From NCBI RefSeq assembly GCF_001677475.2, contig NZ_CP015229.1: a stretch of 64,000 nt of DNA; one strand, written 5' to 3'. The notes beneath the pieces were generated by a model. The model had not been told where the DNA came from and did not search any database. It worked only from the letters and a program-made list of their open reading frames with translations. This DNA comes from Escherichia coli (lineage in GTDB: Bacteria; Pseudomonadota; Gammaproteobacteria; Enterobacterales; Enterobacteriaceae). The position numbers and the translations under genes are program-made. This document shows, one piece after another, positions 28,627-39,688 of this stretch; the first letter of the stretch is position 1, and each line of letters starts with the position of its first letter.

Positions 28627-29715
28627 ATGTCACCGCAGAATAATCATCTGCAGCGTCCGCCTGCCGCTGTGTTATACGCCGATGAACTGGCAAAATTAAA
28701 ACAAAATGATAACGCACCTTGCCCGCCAGGTTGGCAGTTAAGTTTGCCTGCGGCCCGCGCTTTTATCCTTGGCGACGAAGCGCAAAATATTAGCCGTAAA
28801 GTCGTGATCAGTCCCTCCGCTGTCGAACGCATGTTAGTCACTCTCGCTACCGGGCGCGGTTTGATGTTGGTGGGGGAACCTGGCACCGCAAAATCTCTCC
28901 TGTCTGAATTACTGGCGACCGCTATTAGCGGCGATGCCGGGTTAACCATCCAGGGCGGCGCATCTACCACCGAAGATCAAATCAAGTACGGCTGGAACTA
29001 CGCCCTGCTTATCAACCATGGTCCGTCAACGGAAGCGCTGGTCCCTGCCCCGCTTTACCAGGGAATGCGCGACGGCAAAATTGTCCGTTTTGAAGAGATA
29101 ACGCGTACACCGCTGGAAGTACAAGACTGTCTGTTAGGTATGCTTTCTGACAGGGTAATGACGGTGCCGGAACTCACTGGTGAAGCCAGTCAGCTCTATG
29201 CGCGGGAAGGCTTTAATATTATTGCCACTGCCAATACCCGCGATCGCGGCGTCAATGAAATGAGTGCTGCGCTAAAGCGTCGCTTCGATTTTGAAACTGT
29301 CTTTCCGATTATGGATTTCGCCCAGGAGCTGGAACTGGTCGCCAGTGCTTCCGCGCGTTTGCTGGCCCATAGCGGTATTCCGCATAAAGTGCCTGACGCG
29401 GTACTGGAATTACTGGTGCGCACGTTCCGCGATCTGCGTGCCAACGGCGAAAAGAAAACGTCAATGGATACACTGACAGCGATTATGTCCACCGCTGAAG
29501 CCGTTAACGTGGCCCATGCTGTGGGTGTCCGCGCCTGGTTTTTAGCGAATCGCGCGGGGGAGCCTGCCGACCTGGTGGATTGTATTGCCGGAACCATCGT
29601 CAAAGATAACGAAGAAGATCGCGCGCGTCTGCGCCGTTACTTCGAACAGCGCGTCGCCACACATAAAGAAGCTCACTGGCAGGCTTATTATCAAGCTCGC
29701 CACCGCCTGCCGTGA
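28627..29715 (+). CDS. yehL: MoxR-like AAA+ ATPase (AAA_5 type)
   Basis: 362-aa product from ATG 28627; Walker A LVGEPGTAKS, Walker B-like VRFEEIT; ORF N-terminal extension from 28561 rejected. Confidence 0.85.
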   Translation: MSPQNNHLQRPPAAVLYADELAKLKQNDNAPCPPGWQLSLPAARAFILGDEAQNISRKVVISPSAVERMLVTLATGRGLMLVGEPGTAKSLLSELLATAISGDAGLTIQGGASTTEDQIKYGWNYALLINHGPSTEALVPAPLYQGMRDGKIVRFEEITRTPLEVQDCLLGMLSDRVMTVPELTGEASQLYAREGFNIIATANTRDRGVNEMSAALKRRFDFETVFPIMDFAQELELVASASARLLAHSGIPHKVPDAVLELLVRTFRDLRANGEKKTSMDTLTAIMSTAEAVNVAHAVGVRAWFLANRAGEPADLVDCIAGTIVKDNEEDRARLRRYFEQRVATHKEAHWQAYYQARHRLP

Positions 29716-29725
29716 GGAAAGATGC

Positions 29726-32005
29726 ATGAGCGAGCCGTTAATTGTCGGCATCCGGCATCATAGTCCGGCCTGCGCCCGGCTGGTGAAATCGTTAATCGAA
29801 AGCCAGCGGCCACGATACGTGTTGATTGAAGGCCCGGCTGATTTTAATGACCGGGTAGACGAACTGTTGTTAGCCCACCAGCTTCCGGTAGCTATTTACA
29901 GTTATTGCCAGTATCAGGACGGTGCGGCCCCCGGGTGTGGTGCCTGGACGCCATTTGCTGAATTTTCGCCAGAGTGGCAGGCGCTACAAGCCGCACGTCG
30001 TATTCAGGCACAAACTTACTTCATCGATTTGCCTTGCTGGGCACAGAGTGAAGAAGAGGACGATTCGCCTGATACGCAAGAGGAAAGCCAGACCTTGCTG
30101 CTGCGTGCCACCCGCATGGATAACAGCGATACCCTGTGGGATCACTTGTTCGAAGATGAAAGCCAGCAAACTGCATTACCCTCTGCGCTGGTGCACTATT
30201 TTGCCCAACTGCGGGGCGACTCCCCCGGAGATGCTCTCAATCGTCAGCGTGAAGCCTTTATGGCCCGCTGGATTTCATGGGCGATGCAGCAAAATAATGG
30301 CGACGTGTTAGTTGTCTGCGGAGGCTGGCACGCTCCGGCACTGGCAAAAATGTGGCGCGAATGCCCGCAGGAAATTAACACGCCAGAATTGCCCTCGCTG
30401 GCAGATGCCGTTACAGGTTGTTATCTCACACCCTACAGTGAAAAGCGCCTTGATGTGCTGGCAGGATACCTTTCAGGAATGCCTGCCCCGGTCTGGCAAA
30501 ACTGGTGCTGGCGGTGGGGCTTGCAGCAGGCAGGTGAACAACTGCTGAAAACGGTTCTTACCCATTTGCGCCAGCACCACTTGCCTGCTTCAACAGCGGA
30601 TATGGCTGCCGCTCATCTACATGCGATGGCACTGGCACAGTTGCGTGGTCATACACTACCGTTACGCACTGACTGGCTGGATGCCATAGCAGGCTCGCTG
30701 ATTAAAGAAGCCCTGAATGCGCCGTTGCCGTGGAGCTATCGCGGCGTTATTCATCCCGATACCGATCCGATTCTGCTAACGTTGATAGACACATTAGCGG
30801 GTGACGGATTCGGTAAACTTGCCCCTTCTACGCCACAACCGCCTCTGCCAAAAGATGTCACCTGCGAACTGGAACGTACAGGAATCTCTTTTCCGGCGGA
30901 GCTTACCTTAAATCGCTTTACCCCCGATGGACTGGCGCAAAGTCAGGTGTTACATCGGCTGGCAATACTGGAGATCCCAGGGATTGTGCGCCAGCAGGGA
31001 AGTACACTGACACTTGCAGGCAACGGTGAAGAACACTGGAAATTAACCCGCCCGCTTAGCCAGCATGCGGCATTGATTGAGGCCGCATGCTTTGGTGCCA
31101 CACTCCAGGAAGCCGCACGCCATAAATTAGAAGCCGATATGCTGGACGCGGGTGGAATCGGCAGTATCACCACATGTCTTAGCCAGGCGGCGTTAGCGGG
31201 TCTGGCGTCCTTCAGTCAACAATTACTGGAGCAACTCACATTATTAATCGCCCAGGAAAATCAATTTGCCGAAATGGGCCAGGCGCTGGAAGTGCTATAT
31301 GCCTTATGGCGGCTGGATGAAATTAGCGGTATGCAAGGCGCGCAGATATTACAAACGACGTTATGCGCGGCTATCGATCGCACGCTGTGGCTGTGTGAAT
31401 CTAACGGCAGACCAGATGAAAAGGAGTTTCACGCTCACCTGCATAGCTGGCAGGCGCTTTGCCATATCCTGCGCGATCTACATAGCGGCGTTAATTTACC
31501 CGGCGTTTCTCTTTCTGCGGCGGTAGCCTTACTGGAGCGCCGCAGTCAGGCGATTCATGCCCCGGCGCTGGATCGCGGCGCGGCTCTTGGCGCACTGATG
31601 CGTCTGGAACATCCCAACGCCAGTGCCGAAGCGGCGCTGACGATGCTGGCGCAGTTATCCCCGACACAGTCCGGCGAGGCGCTGCACGGTTTGCTGGCAT
31701 TAGCCCGTCATCAACTGGCCTGTCAGCCGGCATTTATCGCCGGTTTCAGTAGTCATTTAAATCAACGGAGTGACGACGATTTTATTAACGCCCTGCCCGA
31801 TTTACGCGCGGCGATGGCCTGGCTACCACCACGAGAACGCGGGACGCTGGCGCATCAGGTGCTTGAGCATTACCAGCTCGCACAGCTTCCCGTTTCAGCG
31901 CTGCAAATGCCGTTGCATTGTCCACCGCAAGCCATTGCACATCATCAACAACTCGAACAGCAGGCACTGGCATCGCTGCAACACTGGGGAGTTTTCCATG
32001 TCTGA
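29726..32005 (+). CDS. yehM: large protein of unknown function
   Basis: 759-aa product from ATG 29726 (GAGGAAAG SD; 10 bp after yehL stop); no recognisable catalytic motif. Confidence 0.8.
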   Translation: MSEPLIVGIRHHSPACARLVKSLIESQRPRYVLIEGPADFNDRVDELLLAHQLPVAIYSYCQYQDGAAPGCGAWTPFAEFSPEWQALQAARRIQAQTYFIDLPCWAQSEEEDDSPDTQEESQTLLLRATRMDNSDTLWDHLFEDESQQTALPSALVHYFAQLRGDSPGDALNRQREAFMARWISWAMQQNNGDVLVVCGGWHAPALAKMWRECPQEINTPELPSLADAVTGCYLTPYSEKRLDVLAGYLSGMPAPVWQNWCWRWGLQQAGEQLLKTVLTHLRQHHLPASTADMAAAHLHAMALAQLRGHTLPLRTDWLDAIAGSLIKEALNAPLPWSYRGVIHPDTDPILLTLIDTLAGDGFGKLAPSTPQPPLPKDVTCELERTGISFPAELTLNRFTPDGLAQSQVLHRLAILEIPGIVRQQGSTLTLAGNGEEHWKLTRPLSQHAALIEAACFGATLQEAARHKLEADMLDAGGIGSITTCLSQAALAGLASFSQQLLEQLTLLIAQENQFAEMGQALEVLYALWRLDEISGMQGAQILQTTLCAAIDRTLWLCESNGRPDEKEFHAHLHSWQALCHILRDLHSGVNLPGVSLSAAVALLERRSQAIHAPALDRGAALGALMRLEHPNASAEAALTMLAQLSPTQSGEALHGLLALARHQLACQPAFIAGFSSHLNQRSDDDFINALPDLRAAMAWLPPRERGTLAHQVLEHYQLAQLPVSALQMPLHCPPQAIAHHQQLEQQALASLQHWGVFHV

Positions 32006-33134
32006 ACTGAACGATCTTCTGACCACCCGTGAGCTACAACGCTGGCGATTAATTCTTGGAGAAGCGGCAGAAACGACGCTTTGTGGGCTGGATGACAACG
32101 CCCGGCAGATAGACCACGCGCTGGAGTGGCTGTATGGGCGCGATCCTGAACGGCTCCAGCGTGGTGAACGTTCCGGTGGATTAGGTAGCTCAAATCTCAC
32201 CACCCCTGAGTGGATCAACAGTATTCACACGCTGTTTCCGCAACAGGTGATTGAGCGGCTGGAAAGCGATGCCGTACTGCGCTACGGCATTGAAGATGTG
32301 GTGACGAATCTCGACGTGCTGGAACGTATGCAGCCTTCTGAAAGCCTGCTACGCGCCGTTTTGCACACCAAACATCTGATGAATCCCGAAGTACTGGCTG
32401 CCGCCCGCCGGATAGTGCGCCAGGTTGTTGAAGAAATTATGGCTCGACTGGCAAAGGAAGTTCGTCAGGCTTTTTCTGGTGTCCGCGATCGCCGTCGCCG
32501 CTCATTTATTCCACTGGCGCGAAACTTTGATTTCAAAAGTACTCTGCGCGCCAACCTGCAACACTGGCACCCGCAACACGGCAAGTTGTATATCGAATCC
32601 CCCCGCTTTAACAGCCGCATTAAACGCCAAAGCGAACAATGGCAACTGGTCTTACTGGTTGATCAAAGCGGCTCGATGGTTGACTCGGTGATCCACTCAG
32701 CGGTGATGGCGGCCTGTTTGTGGCAGTTACCCGGCATTCGTACCCATCTGGTGGCGTTTGACACAAGCGTCGTTGATCTCACGGCAGACGTTGCCGATCC
32801 GGTAGAACTATTAATGAAAGTACAACTGGGCGGCGGAACCAATATCGCCAGTGCCGTGGAGTATGGTCGGCAACTTATTGAACAACCAGCAAAAAGCGTC
32901 ATTATCCTCGTGAGCGATTTTTATGAAGGAGGTTCATCATCATTGCTGACGCATCAGGTGAAAAAATGTGTCCAGAGCGGCATCAAAGTGCTGGGACTGG
33001 CGGCGCTCGATAGCACCGCAACACCTTGCTATGACCGCGATATGGCCCAGGCACTGGTTAATGTCGGTGCACAAATAGCCGCCATGACGCCGGGCGAACT
33101 GGCATCATGGCTGGCGGAGAATCTTCAGTCATGA
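31998..33134 (+). CDS. yehP: von Willebrand factor A (VWA) domain protein with MIDAS motif
   Basis: 378-aa product; start ATG overlaps yehM stop (ATGTCTGA); MIDAS-like LVLLVDQSGSM. Confidence 0.85.
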   Translation: MSELNDLLTTRELQRWRLILGEAAETTLCGLDDNARQIDHALEWLYGRDPERLQRGERSGGLGSSNLTTPEWINSIHTLFPQQVIERLESDAVLRYGIEDVVTNLDVLERMQPSESLLRAVLHTKHLMNPEVLAAARRIVRQVVEEIMARLAKEVRQAFSGVRDRRRRSFIPLARNFDFKSTLRANLQHWHPQHGKLYIESPRFNSRIKRQSEQWQLVLLVDQSGSMVDSVIHSAVMAACLWQLPGIRTHLVAFDTSVVDLTADVADPVELLMKVQLGGGTNIASAVEYGRQLIEQPAKSVIILVSDFYEGGSSSLLTHQVKKCVQSGIKVLGLAALDSTATPCYDRDMAQALVNVGAQIAAMTPGELASWLAENLQS

Positions 33135-35131
33135 ATTCACTACGTCCGGAATTATTAGAACTGACACCGCAGGCGCTGACGGCGTTAAGCAATGCCGGTT
33201 TTGTGAAGCGCAGTCTTAAGGAACTGGAAAATGGCAACGTCCCGGAAATCAGCCATGAGAACGGTGTTTTACTCGCCACGTTCAGTGACGGTGTCCGTAC
33301 CCAACTGGCGAACGGTCAGGCACTGAAAGAGGCTCAGTGCAACTGCGGGGCCAGCGGCATGTGCCGTCATCGCGTGATGCTGGTGTTAAGTTATCAACGA
33401 CTTTGCGCTACCGCCCAGCCCACGGAAAAAGAAGAAGAGTGGGATCCAGCAATCTGGCTGGGAGAGCTGGCAACCCTACCCGATGTCACCCGTAAACGTG
33501 CACAAGCTCTTGTCGCTAAAGGCATCACCATTGAGTTGTTCTGTGCGCCGGGCGAAATTCCCTCTGCCCGCTTACCGATGAGTGATGTGCGTTTTTATTC
33601 CCGCAGCAGCATTCGTTTCGCACGCTGTGATTGTATTGAAGGCACGCTGTGTGAACATGTAGCACTGGCTGTGCAGGCCTTCGTCGAGGCCAAAACTCAG
33701 CAAGCGGAATTTAACCATTTGATCTGGCAGATGCGCAGCGAACACGCCGCATCATCTGACGATCCATTTGCCAGCGAAGAAGGCAAAACGTGTCGTCAAT
33801 ATGTTCAGCAATTAAGTCAGGCATTATGGCTGGGCGGCATCAGCCAGCCGCTTATTCATTACGAGGCTGCTTTCAGCCGCGCGCAGCAAGCGGCGGAACG
33901 CTGCAACTGGCGCTGGGTAAGTGAATCACTACGACAGCTACGGGCAAGCGTTGATGCCTTCCACGCCCGCGCCAGCCACTACCATGCCGGAGAATGCTTA
34001 CGTCAGCTTGCGGCATTAAACAGTCGATTAAATTGCGCACAAGAGATGGCCCGGCGCGACAGTGTTGGTGAAGTTCCTCCCATGCCGTGGCGCACGGTCG
34101 TTGGCGCTGGCATTGCCGGAGAAGCAAAGCTTGATCATCTGCGGCTGGTGTCTTTAGGTATGCGTTGCTGGCAGGATATTGAGCAGTATGGTTTACGCAT
34201 CTGGTTTACCGATCCCGACACCGGCAGTATTTTGCATCTTTCGCGTAGTTGGCCGAGAAGCGAACAGGAAAACTCACCGGCAACGACGCGTCGGCTGTTT
34301 AGTTTTCAGGCTGGCGCACTGGCTGGTGGGCAAATTGTTTCACAAGCAGCAAAACGCAGTGCCGATGGCGAGCTGCTGTTAGCTACCCGCAACCGCTTAA
34401 GCAGCGTTGTGCCGCTGTCGCCAGACGCCTGGCAAATGTTGAGCGCGCCATTGCGCCAGCCGGGCATTGTGGCTTTGCGGGAATATTTACGCCAGCGTCC
34501 CCCCGCCTGCATACGGCCTCTTAATCAGGTGGATAACTTATTTATTCTGCCAGTCGCTGAGTGTATTTCACTCGGTTGGGATAGCAGCCGCCAGACGCTG
34601 GATGCGCAGGTAATCAGCGGCGAAGGTGAAGATAATCTGCTGACGTTATCACTGCCAGCCTCAGCCAGTACGCCTTATGCCGTTGAACGTATGGCGGCGC
34701 TTTTGCAACAAACAGAGGACCCCGTGTGTCTGGTTTCTGGCTTTGTCAGTTTTGTAGAGGGGCAATTGACACTGGAACCACGGGTGATGATGACAAAAAC
34801 CCGCGCCTGGGCGCTGGACGCAGAAACTGCGCCTGTGGCACCGCTACCTTCTGCCAGCGTTTTGCCTGTGCCGTCTACCGCTCATCAGTTGCTGATGCGC
34901 TGCCAGGCGTTACTTATTCAACTGCTCCATAACGGTTGGCGCTATCAGGAACAGAGTGCTATTGGTCAGGCAGAGTTGCTGGCGAATGACCTCACCGCGG
35001 TGGGTTTTTATCGGCTGGCACATGTGTTGGCACAATTTCGTAATACAGAAAGCGAGGCATGGGTAGAAGCAATGAATAACGGTGTTTTACTTTGCGAACA
35101 ATTATTCCCCATGCTTCAGCAACAAGGATGA
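33131..35131 (+). CDS. yehQ: protein with two SWIM-type zinc-finger motifs
   Basis: Start ATG overlaps yehP stop (ATGA); two CxCx5CxH motifs (CNCGASGMCRH from 33338; CDCIEGTLCEH). Confidence 0.8.
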   Translation: MNSLRPELLELTPQALTALSNAGFVKRSLKELENGNVPEISHENGVLLATFSDGVRTQLANGQALKEAQCNCGASGMCRHRVMLVLSYQRLCATAQPTEKEEEWDPAIWLGELATLPDVTRKRAQALVAKGITIELFCAPGEIPSARLPMSDVRFYSRSSIRFARCDCIEGTLCEHVALAVQAFVEAKTQQAEFNHLIWQMRSEHAASSDDPFASEEGKTCRQYVQQLSQALWLGGISQPLIHYEAAFSRAQQAAERCNWRWVSESLRQLRASVDAFHARASHYHAGECLRQLAALNSRLNCAQEMARRDSVGEVPPMPWRTVVGAGIAGEAKLDHLRLVSLGMRCWQDIEQYGLRIWFTDPDTGSILHLSRSWPRSEQENSPATTRRLFSFQAGALAGGQIVSQAAKRSADGELLLATRNRLSSVVPLSPDAWQMLSAPLRQPGIVALREYLRQRPPACIRPLNQVDNLFILPVAECISLGWDSSRQTLDAQVISGEGEDNLLTLSLPASASTPYAVERMAALLQQTEDPVCLVSGFVSFVEGQLTLEPRVMMTKTRAWALDAETAPVAPLPSASVLPVPSTAHQLLMRCQALLIQLLHNGWRYQEQSAIGQAELLANDLTAVGFYRLAHVLAQFRNTESEAWVEAMNNGVLLCEQLFPMLQQQG

Positions 35132-35255
35132 AATAGTGCTTTTTACTAAGAGTTCTACTCCAGTTCCGGACTGCTCACGCCACGGCATTAGGCATATCCT
35201 ATATAGCCCCTGGTGAGAGTCACCAGTTTCTTGATTAAATAAAATGGAGTTTTAC

Positions 35256-35717
35256 ATGAAGGCTTTCAATAAGCTGTTTTCCCTCGTTGTTGCATCTGTT
35301 CTGGTTTTCTCTCTTGCTGGCTGCGGTGACAAAGAAGAATCGAAGAAATTCAGCGCCAATCTGAACGGCACTGAAATTGCCATTACCTATGTCTACAAAG
35401 GTGACAAGGTGCTTAAGCAATCTTCTGAAACCAAAATTCAATTTGCCTCCATAGGTGCTACCACCAAAGAAGATGCTGCCAGGGCACTTGAGCCGTTAAG
35501 CGCCAAATACAAAAACATCGCGGGTGTTGAAGAAAAATTAACCTATACCGATACCTACGCGCAGGAAAACGTGACTATCGATATGGAAAAAGTGGATTTT
35601 AAAGCCCTGCAGGGTATTTCAGGAATCAACGTTTCTGCTGAAGATGCCAAAAAAGGTATCACTATGGCGCAAATGGAACTGGTGATGAAAGCCGCTGGTT
35701 TCAAAGAAGTGAAATAA
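35256..35717 (+). CDS. yehR: lipoprotein (DUF1307-like)
   Basis: 153-aa product from ATG 35256 (GGAG SD); lipobox LAGC. Confidence 0.85.
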   Translation: MKAFNKLFSLVVASVLVFSLAGCGDKEESKKFSANLNGTEIAITYVYKGDKVLKQSSETKIQFASIGATTKEDAARALEPLSAKYKNIAGVEEKLTYTDTYAQENVTIDMEKVDFKALQGISGINVSAEDAKKGITMAQMELVMKAAGFKEVK

Positions 35718-35723
35718 TCTGTC

Positions 35724-35748
35724 GGCGGCCATGTTTCGCATGGCCGCC
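35724..35748. terminator. hairpin between convergent yehR and yehS
   Basis: GC-rich stem GGCGGCCATG/CATGGCCGCC; weak T-tracts on both sides. Confidence 0.4.
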
Positions 35749-35757
35749 ATACCCGTC

Positions 35758-36228
35758 TTAGCTTTTCTTCACATGCTGGCGCGCTGCCAGTCCACGCAGA
35801 AAATAACGTAAAAATTGATCGCCGCATTCGCGGAAGTTTTTATGATCCGGTGCGCGCATCATCGCCGTAATTTCCGGCATCGAAACGCGGAACTGCTGTT
35901 CGGTGAGGATCGCCAGAATGTCATCGGTTTTCAGCGAAAACGCGATGCGTAATTTTTTCAGCACGATGTTGTTATTAATGCGACGTTCCGGTTCCAGTGC
36001 CGGAGCAGACTCATCCTTGCCGCGTTTTTCATAAATCAGGCCATTGAGGAATGACGACAAAACAATGTCCGGACAACGCTGAAAACCCTCTTCGTCTTCT
36101 TTACGTAGCCAGACGGCGATCTGTTCCGCGGTGGCTTCGACATTACCCAGCGCCAGAATACGAACCAGGTCATTATTATTGGCTTTCAAAATGTAGCGCA
36201 CGCTGCGCAGAATATCGTTACTTAGCAT
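35758..36228 (-). CDS. yehS: DUF1456 protein
   Basis: 156-aa product from Met at 36228; recognised as YehS. Confidence 0.8.
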   Translation of the reverse strand: MLSNDILRSVRYILKANNNDLVRILALGNVEATAEQIAVWLRKEDEEGFQRCPDIVLSSFLNGLIYEKRGKDESAPALEPERRINNNIVLKKLRIAFSLKTDDILAILTEQQFRVSMPEITAMMRAPDHKNFRECGDQFLRYFLRGLAARQHVKKS

Positions 36229-36274
36229 GAGGCCTTCAGGTGTTGATGAGGCAAAAAGCCATTTTAGCAGTCTT

Positions 36275-36994
36275 TTACAGGCCAATCGCCTCTTTTAAGC
36301 TTTTCAGATAACGGCGGCTGACCGGCACGGTTAAGCCATTACGCAAAATCAACTCGGCCTGGCCGTTATCTTCCAGACGAATCTCCTGTAAATGCGCGAG
36401 GTTAACCAGATACTGACGATGGCAGCGCAGTAGTGGTGTACGACTCTCCAGGGTACGTAATGTCAATTCGGTAAAGCCCTCTTTCCCTTCGTGGCTGGTA
36501 ACGTAGACACCGCTCATCCGACTGCTGACAAATGCCACATCTCTCATTTGCAGCAAATAAATCCGACTATGCCCCGTACAAGGGATAAATTTCAGCGCCT
36601 GTTGATTTTCCGGTAACAGCGAAACATCCTGCTTGCTGCGTTCCTGACGCAAACGCGCCAGCGTTTTCTCCAGTCGAGCTTCATCAATTGGCTTCAGCAG
36701 ATAGTCAAAGGCATGTTCTTCAAAGGCTTTAATAGCGTATTCGTCAAACGCGGTGAGAAAAACAATATACGGACGATGTTCCGGGTCGAGCATCCCCACC
36801 ATTTCCAGACCACTGATGCGCGGCATCTGGATATCGAGAAACAGCACATCCGGGCGCAGTTTATGCACCGCGCCGATCCCTTCCACGGCGTTTGAACACT
36901 CACCAACGATTTCAATATCGCTCTGCTCCTGCAAAAATACGCGCAGGTTCTCCCGTGCTAACGGTTCATCATCGACAATTAAGACTTTAATCAT
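36275..36994 (-). CDS. btsR: LytTR-family response regulator
   Basis: 239-aa product; receiver domain ([14 protein letters not shown]) plus LytTR DNA-binding domain; YehT/BtsR. Confidence 0.9.
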   Translation of the reverse strand: MIKVLIVDDEPLARENLRVFLQEQSDIEIVGECSNAVEGIGAVHKLRPDVLFLDIQMPRISGLEMVGMLDPEHRPYIVFLTAFDEYAIKAFEEHAFDYLLKPIDEARLEKTLARLRQERSKQDVSLLPENQQALKFIPCTGHSRIYLLQMRDVAFVSSRMSGVYVTSHEGKEGFTELTLRTLESRTPLLRCHRQYLVNLAHLQEIRLEDNGQAELILRNGLTVPVSRRYLKSLKEAIGL

Positions 36995-38676
36995 GCCTCG
37001 TCCCTCCATGGTAGTCGTAACGTTATTCGGGTGTAACTATCAGGCTCACAGGCGACGCTTATCCCATAGTCATCGCCAAACCGTTCACGTAAACGCTTAT
37101 CCACCAGATTCATCCCCAGCCCACTGGCATTGGTTACCGGTTGATACAAACCGGCATTGTCTTCGATCTCCAGCATCAAATGTTGCCCCTCACGTCGGGC
37201 GCTGATTGCCACTCGCCCTGTATCCAGCAGTTGTGATGTCCCATGTTTAATGGCGTTTTCCACTATCGGTTGCAGGGTAAACGCGGGCAATTGCTGCCGG
37301 GATAATTCCTCCGGAATAGCAATGTTGACCTGCAACCGTGACTGGAAGCGCGCCTTTTCAATTTGCAGATAAGCGTTCACATGTTCAATTTCGTCGGCGA
37401 GAGTAACAAACTCCGAAGGCCGCTTTAAGTTTTTGCGGAAAAAAGTGGAAAGATACTGCACCAGCTGGCTGGCCTGTTCGCTGTCGCGACGGATCACCGC
37501 TTTAATGGTGTTAAGCGCATTAAACAAAAAATGGGGGTTCACCTGGGCGTGAAGCAGTTTGATCTCTGACTGGGTGAGCATCGCTTTTTGCCGCTCATAT
37601 TGCCCGGCAAGGATCTGCGCCGAAAGCAGTTGCGCAATCCCCTCGCCCAGCGTGCGGTTGATTGAACTGAATAAACGGTTTTTGGCTTCATACAATTTGA
37701 TGGTGCCCATCACCCGCTGATTTTCACCACGCAACGGAATTACCAGCGTCGACCCCAGTTTGCATTGCGGATGCAAAGAGCAACGATAAGGTACTTCGTT
37801 GCCATCAGCGTAGACCACTTCACCGGTTTCAATCGCTTTTAAGGTGTAAGTCGAAGAAATCGGTTTGCCGGGTAAATGGTGATCGTCACCAATTCCGGTA
37901 AAGGCCAGCAATTTCTCTCGATCGGTAATCGCGACTGCACCAATATCCAGCTCCTGATACAGCACCTGTGCCACTTTCATGCTGTTCACTTCGTTAAACC
38001 CCTGGCGCAAAATGCCTTCCGTCGAGGCCGCCACTTTCAGCGCAGTGGCAGAAAAAGCTGAAGTGTATTTTTCAAACATCGCGCGTTTATCGAGCAATAT
38101 ACGCATAAACAGCGCCGCGCCGACGGTATTGGTGACCATCATTGGCGCAGCAATATTACTCACCAGACGCACCGCATCTTCATAAGGTCGGGCGATTGCC
38201 AGGATGATCAACATTTGCACCATTTCAGCGACGAACGTGACGGCACCGGCGGTAATGGGGTTAAAGACTTTATCAGTGCGCCCGCGACGGATCAGGATGC
38301 TGTGTACCAGGCCGCCGAGCAATCCTTCAACGATGGTCGAGATCATGCAACTTAGCGCGGTCATGCCCCCCATCGAATATCGATGTAACCCGCCGGTCAG
38401 GCCAACCAGCCCACCGACGACCGGACCGCCGAGTAAGCCGCCCATTACCGCGCCTATCGCACGGGTATTGGCAATAGAATCGTCAATGTGCAACCCAAAC
38501 CAGGTGCCCATGATGCAGAAGATGGAAAAGACGATGTAGCAGAGAAATTTATGCGGCAGACGAACCGTGACCTGCATTAACGGTATGAATAATGGCGTTT
38601 TACTCATTAACCACGCAATGACTAAAAAAACGCACATCTGCTGAAGCAGCAGCAACACCAGATTAAAATCGTACAT
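36991..38676 (-). CDS. btsS: LytS-type sensor histidine kinase (pyruvate sensing)
   Basis: 561-aa product; multi-TM N-terminus, GAF-like region, His-kinase C-terminus; 4-bp overlap with btsR. Confidence 0.9.
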   Translation of the reverse strand: MYDFNLVLLLLQQMCVFLVIAWLMSKTPLFIPLMQVTVRLPHKFLCYIVFSIFCIMGTWFGLHIDDSIANTRAIGAVMGGLLGGPVVGGLVGLTGGLHRYSMGGMTALSCMISTIVEGLLGGLVHSILIRRGRTDKVFNPITAGAVTFVAEMVQMLIILAIARPYEDAVRLVSNIAAPMMVTNTVGAALFMRILLDKRAMFEKYTSAFSATALKVAASTEGILRQGFNEVNSMKVAQVLYQELDIGAVAITDREKLLAFTGIGDDHHLPGKPISSTYTLKAIETGEVVYADGNEVPYRCSLHPQCKLGSTLVIPLRGENQRVMGTIKLYEAKNRLFSSINRTLGEGIAQLLSAQILAGQYERQKAMLTQSEIKLLHAQVNPHFLFNALNTIKAVIRRDSEQASQLVQYLSTFFRKNLKRPSEFVTLADEIEHVNAYLQIEKARFQSRLQVNIAIPEELSRQQLPAFTLQPIVENAIKHGTSQLLDTGRVAISARREGQHLMLEIEDNAGLYQPVTNASGLGMNLVDKRLRERFGDDYGISVACEPDSYTRITLRLPWRDEA

Positions 38677-38897
38677 ACCCGCAAACCACACTTCCCTTTA
38701 AAACGCGTAACATACATTGCCTGCGTTTAACTTTCTTTGAACTCTTGCAGAAAAATGAGAATTCGTGAGTACGATCACTCAAAATCGCCTGGCAAAAATA
38801 AAATCACCCTATAAATGCACAAAAAACGGGCAAAACTACCTGGTTCGCAAAACTGCGTCTAAAGTTAAACCGGGACCTCGCGAGCAAGGGTGAGACG

Positions 38898-39629
38898 ATG
38901 GCGCTTTACACAATTGGTGAAGTGGCGTTGCTTTGTGATATTAACCCTGTCACGTTACGCGCGTGGCAGAGGCGTTACGGATTGCTGAAACCGCAACGGA
39001 CAGACGGCGGTCATCGGCTGTTCAACGATGCCGATATTGACCGTATCCGCGAGATCAAACGCTGGATCGACAACGGCGTGCAGGTCAGCAAAGTTAAAAT
39101 GCTGCTCAGTAATGAAAATGTTGATGTGCAGAACGGCTGGCGCGATCAGCAAGAAACATTACTGACCTACCTGCAAAGCGGCAATCTGCATAGCCTGCGA
39201 ACGTGGATCAAAGAGCGCGGTCAGGATTACCCCGCCCAGACACTCACCACACATCTGTTTATTCCTCTGCGCCGACGGCTTCAGTGCCAACAACCGACTC
39301 TCCAGGCGCTGCTGGCGATCCTCGACGGCGTACTGATCAACTACATCGCCATTTGTCTGGCTTCGGCACGTAAAAAACAGGGTAAAGATGCGCTGGTGGT
39401 TGGCTGGAATATTCAGGATACCACCCGTCTGTGGCTGGAGGGCTGGATTGCCAGTCAACAAGGATGGCGCATTGATGTCCTCGCCCACTCGCTCAATCAA
39501 CTACGCCCTGAACTATTCGAAGGCCGTACATTGCTGGTGTGGTGCGGTGAAAATCGAACCTCCGCCCAACAGCAGCAACTCACCAGTTGGCAAGAACAAG
39601 GCCATGATATTTTCCCACTCGGCATTTAA
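38898..39629 (+). CDS. mlrA: MerR-family transcriptional regulator (curli regulator)
   Basis: 243-aa ORF with N-terminal MerR HTH (YTIGEVALLCDINPVTLRAWQRRYGLL). Confidence 0.9.
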   Translation: MALYTIGEVALLCDINPVTLRAWQRRYGLLKPQRTDGGHRLFNDADIDRIREIKRWIDNGVQVSKVKMLLSNENVDVQNGWRDQQETLLTYLQSGNLHSLRTWIKERGQDYPAQTLTTHLFIPLRRRLQCQQPTLQALLAILDGVLINYIAICLASARKKQGKDALVVGWNIQDTTRLWLEGWIASQQGWRIDVLAHSLNQLRPELFEGRTLLVWCGENRTSAQQQQLTSWQEQGHDIFPLGI

Positions 39630-39688
39630 TGATTCGTTAACAAATGCGCTTTACTGTACAATCCTTTCGTTAACATAAGGAGTGCATT

